Source of the DNA: Octopus vulgaris
Lineage: Eukaryota
Reading direction: 5' to 3'
Assembly: GCA_951406725.2 (NCBI GenBank)
Contig: OX597827.1
Coordinates: forward strand, 45,694,001 to 45,758,000
Length of the DNA: 64,000 nucleotides
Part shown: positions 58,855 to 64,000 of the stretch, in pieces
How positions within the stretch are numbered: position 1 is the stretch's first letter
Layout of the letters: each line of letters starts with the position of its first letter
The notes under the pieces: generated by a model
Told to the model about the DNA's origin: nothing
Seen by the model: only the letters and a program-made list of their open reading frames with translations
The model's database searches: none
Made by a program: the position numbers and the translations under genes

Positions 58855-59165
58855 TTATATATAGTAGTGTTATAAATATTACACATTTTAAAGGCGGTGC
58901 TCCAGCATGGCTGCAGTTAAATGACTGAAACAAAGAAAAGAATGAAAGAATTCTGCATGATTTATAAAAAGAAAGTAACCCGTGAATAGTTAACGAAATT
59001 TTAGAATATCTATAAATATTTGTGTTTGTGTATGTGTTATGTATGCAAGTGTGCGCATCGGTTTGTGTCTATGTATAAGCATGTGTAAGAGCATACATGA
59101 ATTTATGTATGTTTCCATGGATATATTTGTGAAGTTATCTCCCCTCCGTCCTCTCTTGATATATG

Positions 59166-59217
<52 letters not shown>

Positions 59218-59308
59218 AAGAGAGAGGGAGAGAGAGTGAGTGAGAGAAAGAGAGAGAAAAGTGTTCTAATGGAAGACGGATGGATAAATAAAATGAGGAT
59301 GAAAGATG

Positions 59309-59348
<40 letters not shown>

Positions 59349-59349
59349 G

Positions 59350-60253
59350 CCTGCCTCTGTTGGCAACAAAGGGTTTCTCTCTCAGAGCAACAGGCAGAAT
59401 GTATGGTGCTTGTGTGCATACAGCTATGCTACACTTCAGTGAAATATGGGCTGTGACAGCCGAGGACATGCATAGGCTTGAAAGAAATGAAGCCAGTATG
59501 CTTCGTTCGATGTGCAATGTCAGTGTTCATGCTCGACAGAGTGTAAGCGTCTTGAGAGATAAGTTGGACATAAGGGGCATCATATGTGGTGTACAAGAGA
59601 CGACTGCGCTGGTATGGTCATGTGATGCTGATAGACGATGACAGCTATGTAAAAAAGTGCCGATCTCTAACTGTGGAGGGAACCAGTGGTGAAGGTAGAT
59701 CCAAGAAGACATGGGTTGAAGTGGTGAAGCATGATCTTTGAACTTTAGGCTTCACTGAGACAATAACTAGTGACCGAGAACTTTGGCGATATACTGGGCT
59801 TGAGAAAACCCGTCAAGCCAAACGAAATCGTAGTCGTGGCTGATGCTGGCGTCACGTAACTGGTACATGTGCCGGTGGCACGTAAAAAGCACCTTTCGGG
59901 CCTCACGGAGGCAGAGTGGCTGAGCTTCTTTCGAGTGTTGGTTCTCACGGGGACAAGACCAACACCTTTGGCATTATTTCGTGCTTGAGATGAATACCCA
60001 TCAAGCCGAGCAAAATCGCAGTCGTGGCAAATACTGGTGTCACGCAAATGGCACCCGTGTCGGTGGCACATAAAAGCACCAATTACACTTTCGGTGTCGT
60101 TGGCGTTAGGAAGGGCATCCAGCTGTAGAAACCATGCCAAATCAGACTGGAATCTGGTGCAGCCTTCCAGCTTGCCAGCCCTGGTCAAACAGTTCAACCC
60201 ATGCCAGCATGGACAAAGGACGCTAAATGATGATGATGACGATGATGATGATG
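59350..60253 (+). mobile_element. 5'-truncated RTE-clade LINE 3' end with (GAT)n tail
   Basis: LPLLATKGFSLRATGRMYGACVHTAMLHFSEIWAV..LERNEASMLRSMC, then L.WYGHV and GRSKKTW motifs. Confidence 0.8.
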
Positions 60254-61267
60254 AGACAGAGAAAATTTCAAGTCTGAGGAGAAATAGGGGATAATGCTAG
60301 AATTATTGTAGTAGATAGAGGGCGGGGCGTAGCGGGAAAAAACGTTCGTTTAAAACTGTCGGTATAATGGTTTCAAGTCTGAATATAAAACGTTGTTTCT
60401 GCCTTGAATTCGAGAATGTAAGTCCATGCTATTTAGCAATACGGTGACAACTCTATATATGTTTCGCTCTTATTACATCTCATCAGCGAAACATTGCCTA
60501 GCGTCAGTGTAGATCTTGATTAAAAATGACTGAAGAAGAATATAGCATTTTGGTTGATATTTCTTGCATGTCTGTTGTACTACGCGGAGGATCATTCATT
60601 CATTCCATAAACTCCAAGTATTTTATTCAAATACATGTATGTTGACTTTTTCCATGATGTAACATATATTTTATGCTAACGGAAAATTTGCGGTCATCAA
60701 CGACTGCCTGGACGTTATGTCAGCTAAGCCTAAATCAAAACATGCATAGGTTTATGTATGGACAGATATAGTCATGCACGTACACAGACGTGCAAGAAGT
60801 AAATAGACACCTTTAATTTTCAAAATTTCTGATCTAAGCGTCTTAATATGCTTTCAGCGGTTTAGAATTTACAATGTAATTATTCTTTCTCATTCCAGGT
60901 GCCATTATATTAAACATTTGCGAAGACTGAAAAATGGATGCAACACAACATGTTGAACAGAGTCCCACCCATGAGGGTCAGTAAAGGATGGATCGAAACG
61001 ATCGTTTGTACTAAATAAAGACTAATACCAAATCCATCTTCTGGTTACTTAATCAATTTTTATTATCTCAACTAGCACTGCAGAATTCATGAAGTAGATC
61101 CAACGGAAATATACCCCATATGCGGATGACACCAAGTAACGCAAACTGTGCCAGTGCTGTACTCCACCTTCAACACACTAATCGACATATACCAATTAGT
61201 CCAAAACATTACGTATATACTGTATGTGTGTGTGTATACAAATATACACACATATATTGTACATCGT

Positions 61268-61580
61268 GGAGGCGCAATGGCCCAGTGGTTAGGGCAGCAG
61301 ACTCGCGGTCGGAGGATCGCGGTTTCGATTCCTAGACCGGGCGTTGTGTGTGTTTATTGAGCGAAAACACCTAAAAAGCTCCACGAGGCTCCGGCAGGGG
61401 AGTGGGGGTGAGGTGGCAACCCCTGTTGTACTCTTTCGCCACAACTTTCTCTTACTCTCTCTTTCTGTTTCTTGAGTAACGCTGCGATGGACTGGCGTCC
61501 CGTCCAGCTGGGAGGAACACATACGCCACTGAAACCGGGAAACCGGGCCCATGAGCCTGGCTAGGCTTGAAAAGGGCGAC
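61268..61580 (+). mobile_element. tRNA-derived SINE, third family
   Basis: Head matches 2281. Confidence 0.75.
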
Positions 61581-61842
61581 GTTTTTCTTTTATTGTACAT
61601 CACAGGAGAATATAGTGTGAAATTATTCGCTCATCTTTACATGTGCTTCGGTAACAATTACGCAACGTCACTTCATCAGAAATGTTATAGTAAGTGTTAT
61701 AATTGATCAATTGATTATTTAATCGATCGATAATGCGTATTAAGCGTTGTACATTGAAAGTACGGTTACGCAAGCTTTGCAAAATATATGTCAGCAGATA
61801 ACAGCCTATAATTCTTCATTCTTTCTCTGATAACTATATTAC

Positions 61843-61885
<43 letters not shown>

Positions 61886-61901
61886 GCAGCAGCAGCAGCA
61901 G

Positions 61902-61963
<62 letters not shown>

Positions 61964-61996
61964 GCAGCAGCAGCAGCAACAACAACAACAACAACA

Positions 61997-62066
<70 letters not shown>

Positions 62067-62785
62067 AGATGATGATGATGATGATGATGATGACGACGAC
62101 GATGGTAATGATGATGATGATGGCGATAGTGATGATGCTGATGATGATGAGGATGATGATGATGATGATGACGACGACGACGACGACGACAATGATGATG
62201 ATGCGTATTTCCTGCAAAACTGCGAAATGTTTATTCAGATATGAGTGTATATATTACGTGTATGTGTGTAAGTATGTGCGCGCGCGTCCGTGTGTGTGTG
62301 TGTGTGTGTGTGCGCGCGTCCGTTCAGTATTAATGTCGGGAATAACATGAAAAATACAGGGAAGACGAACAATACTTATTTGTTTGATGCTCAATGACGA
62401 TTCGAACTTAAATACTTCTTCAGAAAGATTTTAAGGACAAAGCAACAACTAGAAGCGAAGAAAAAAAATCATGATCAACAGAGATAAGAAATTTGGTTTG
62501 CATGTATGTATGTATGTATGTATGTATGTATGTATGTTTATGTGTATGTACGTATACATCTATGTATGCATATGTACATGCATGTATGTATTATGTATAT
62601 GTACAAGCAAGTTTGCATATATGTGTATATATTATGTAACATTATGTACTATTTGTATATTATATGTGTATGTATTATGTATGCACGTATGCATGTGTGA
62701 AGAAAAGAATATATACAATACAACATAATATAAAATATTACAATATAATATATATCTATCTACATACTTGTGCGTTTATTTATAT

Positions 62786-63210
62786 AGGCGTAGGAGTGGC
62801 TATGTGGTGAGTAGCTTGCTTACGAATCACATGGTTCCGGGTTCAGTCCTACTGCGTGGCACCTTGGGCAAGTGTCTTCTACAATAGCCTCGGGCCGACC
62901 AAAGCCTTGTGAGTGGATTTGGTAGACGGAAACTGAAAGAAGCCCGTCGTATATATGTGTATATATATATGTGTGTGTGTGTGTGTATACGTTTGTGTGC
63001 CTAGGTTTGCCCCCCACCCAACATCACTTGGCAACCGATGCTGGTGTGTTTACGTCCCCGTAACTTAGCAGTTCGGCAAAAGAGACCGATAGAATAAGTA
63101 CTAGCCTTACAAAGAATAAGTCCTGGGGTAGATTTGCTCGACTAAAGGCGGTGTTCCAGCATGGCCGCAGTCAAATGACTGAACAAGTAGAAGAGTAAAA
63201 GAGAGTAAAG
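62786..63210 (+). mobile_element. CORE-like SINE copy
   Basis: Family match. Confidence 0.8.
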
Positions 63211-63295
63211 AGATACTATGTATGTGTATGCATGCATTATGTATCTATATAATTATATATATATATACGCCTGTTTGCCTGTCTACCTGTCTACT

Positions 63296-63327
<32 letters not shown>

Positions 63328-63338
63328 TGTATGCATGC

Positions 63339-63371
<33 letters not shown>

Positions 63372-63424
63372 TGTATGTATGTATGTATGTATGTGTGTAT
63401 GTATGTATGTATATCACAGAATGG

Positions 63425-63960
63425 ACCAGGTCAGCAGATGCTGTTATTCATATATATAACAGCAGGTGCTGTTATTTATTGTCTTGTCTGTGCCATTCTT
63501 TTCCACCTTGACCCAAATTGCTTGGCCAAATCGTCTTCCCACCATCATGAAGGCCTTCTAAGCGGCCTTTTCCGATCTGTTGGATGCCAAACTGCACGGT
63601 CTAGTTTTTTTTTTGTGCACTTTGCGCCATGTCCGACCCAGAGGAACTTGTTCTTTCCGTTCTCTGCGATAACATTGTTCACTCTGCTCTGTACTCGTCT
63701 TATCTCATTTCAAATGTGCTCTCGTAATGATATTCGTAACATAAATCTTTCTATGGCTCTTTGCGTTGTAGCCAATCAATATTCTATCTTCTTCGTAGTT
63801 GCCCACGTTTCACCTGCGTTCAAGAGCGCAGATAGGACGGTGCTATCGAAGAGAATACATGATAATATCTAAGTTTGTTTGGAGCACATCCTTTGTTGAG
63901 TTAAATGTCTTCCTTCCTGCCCTTATTCTCTTTGAGATTTCAGGATCCATATCTCGTAAA
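63425..63960 (-). pseudogene. Decayed RTE-like LINE C-terminal fragment
   Basis: Minus-strand LFDSTVLSAL, GRPP..RW-like and W..LG remnants with stops. Confidence 0.5.
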
Positions 63961-64000
63961 ATGTATATATGATTATTGATAGAGTGAAAGCCACGCAGTG

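Overview
Animal genomic DNA, very probably an octopod cephalopod (inferred from the tRNA-derived SINE families and the extreme TA/CA/TATG/AAT/CCAT microsatellite load). I see no intact host protein-coding gene; almost all listed ORFs are microsatellite or SINE read-throughs. The window is a mosaic of SINEs, decayed LINEs (CR1-like, RTE, REL-endonuclease), Penelope-like pieces, DNA-transposon MITEs, a Helitron and small RNA-gene fragments (U2, 28S). Two structures stand out. (1) A fixed-length 22-nt non-coding element, AGCGACAYCARTT-N4-ATTCC, occurs nine times between 5.2 and 47 kb in both orientations (+,+,+,-,-,-,-,+,+), outside any recognisable transposon, in two subfamilies with short extended homology. 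(2) Several minimal type-I hammerhead ribozyme motifs are present, one in each unit of a near-identical 546-bp tandem array that switches orientation next to a Penelope ORF fragment (retrozyme/pseudo-LTR-like). All alignments were made by eye and repeat boundaries are approximate.
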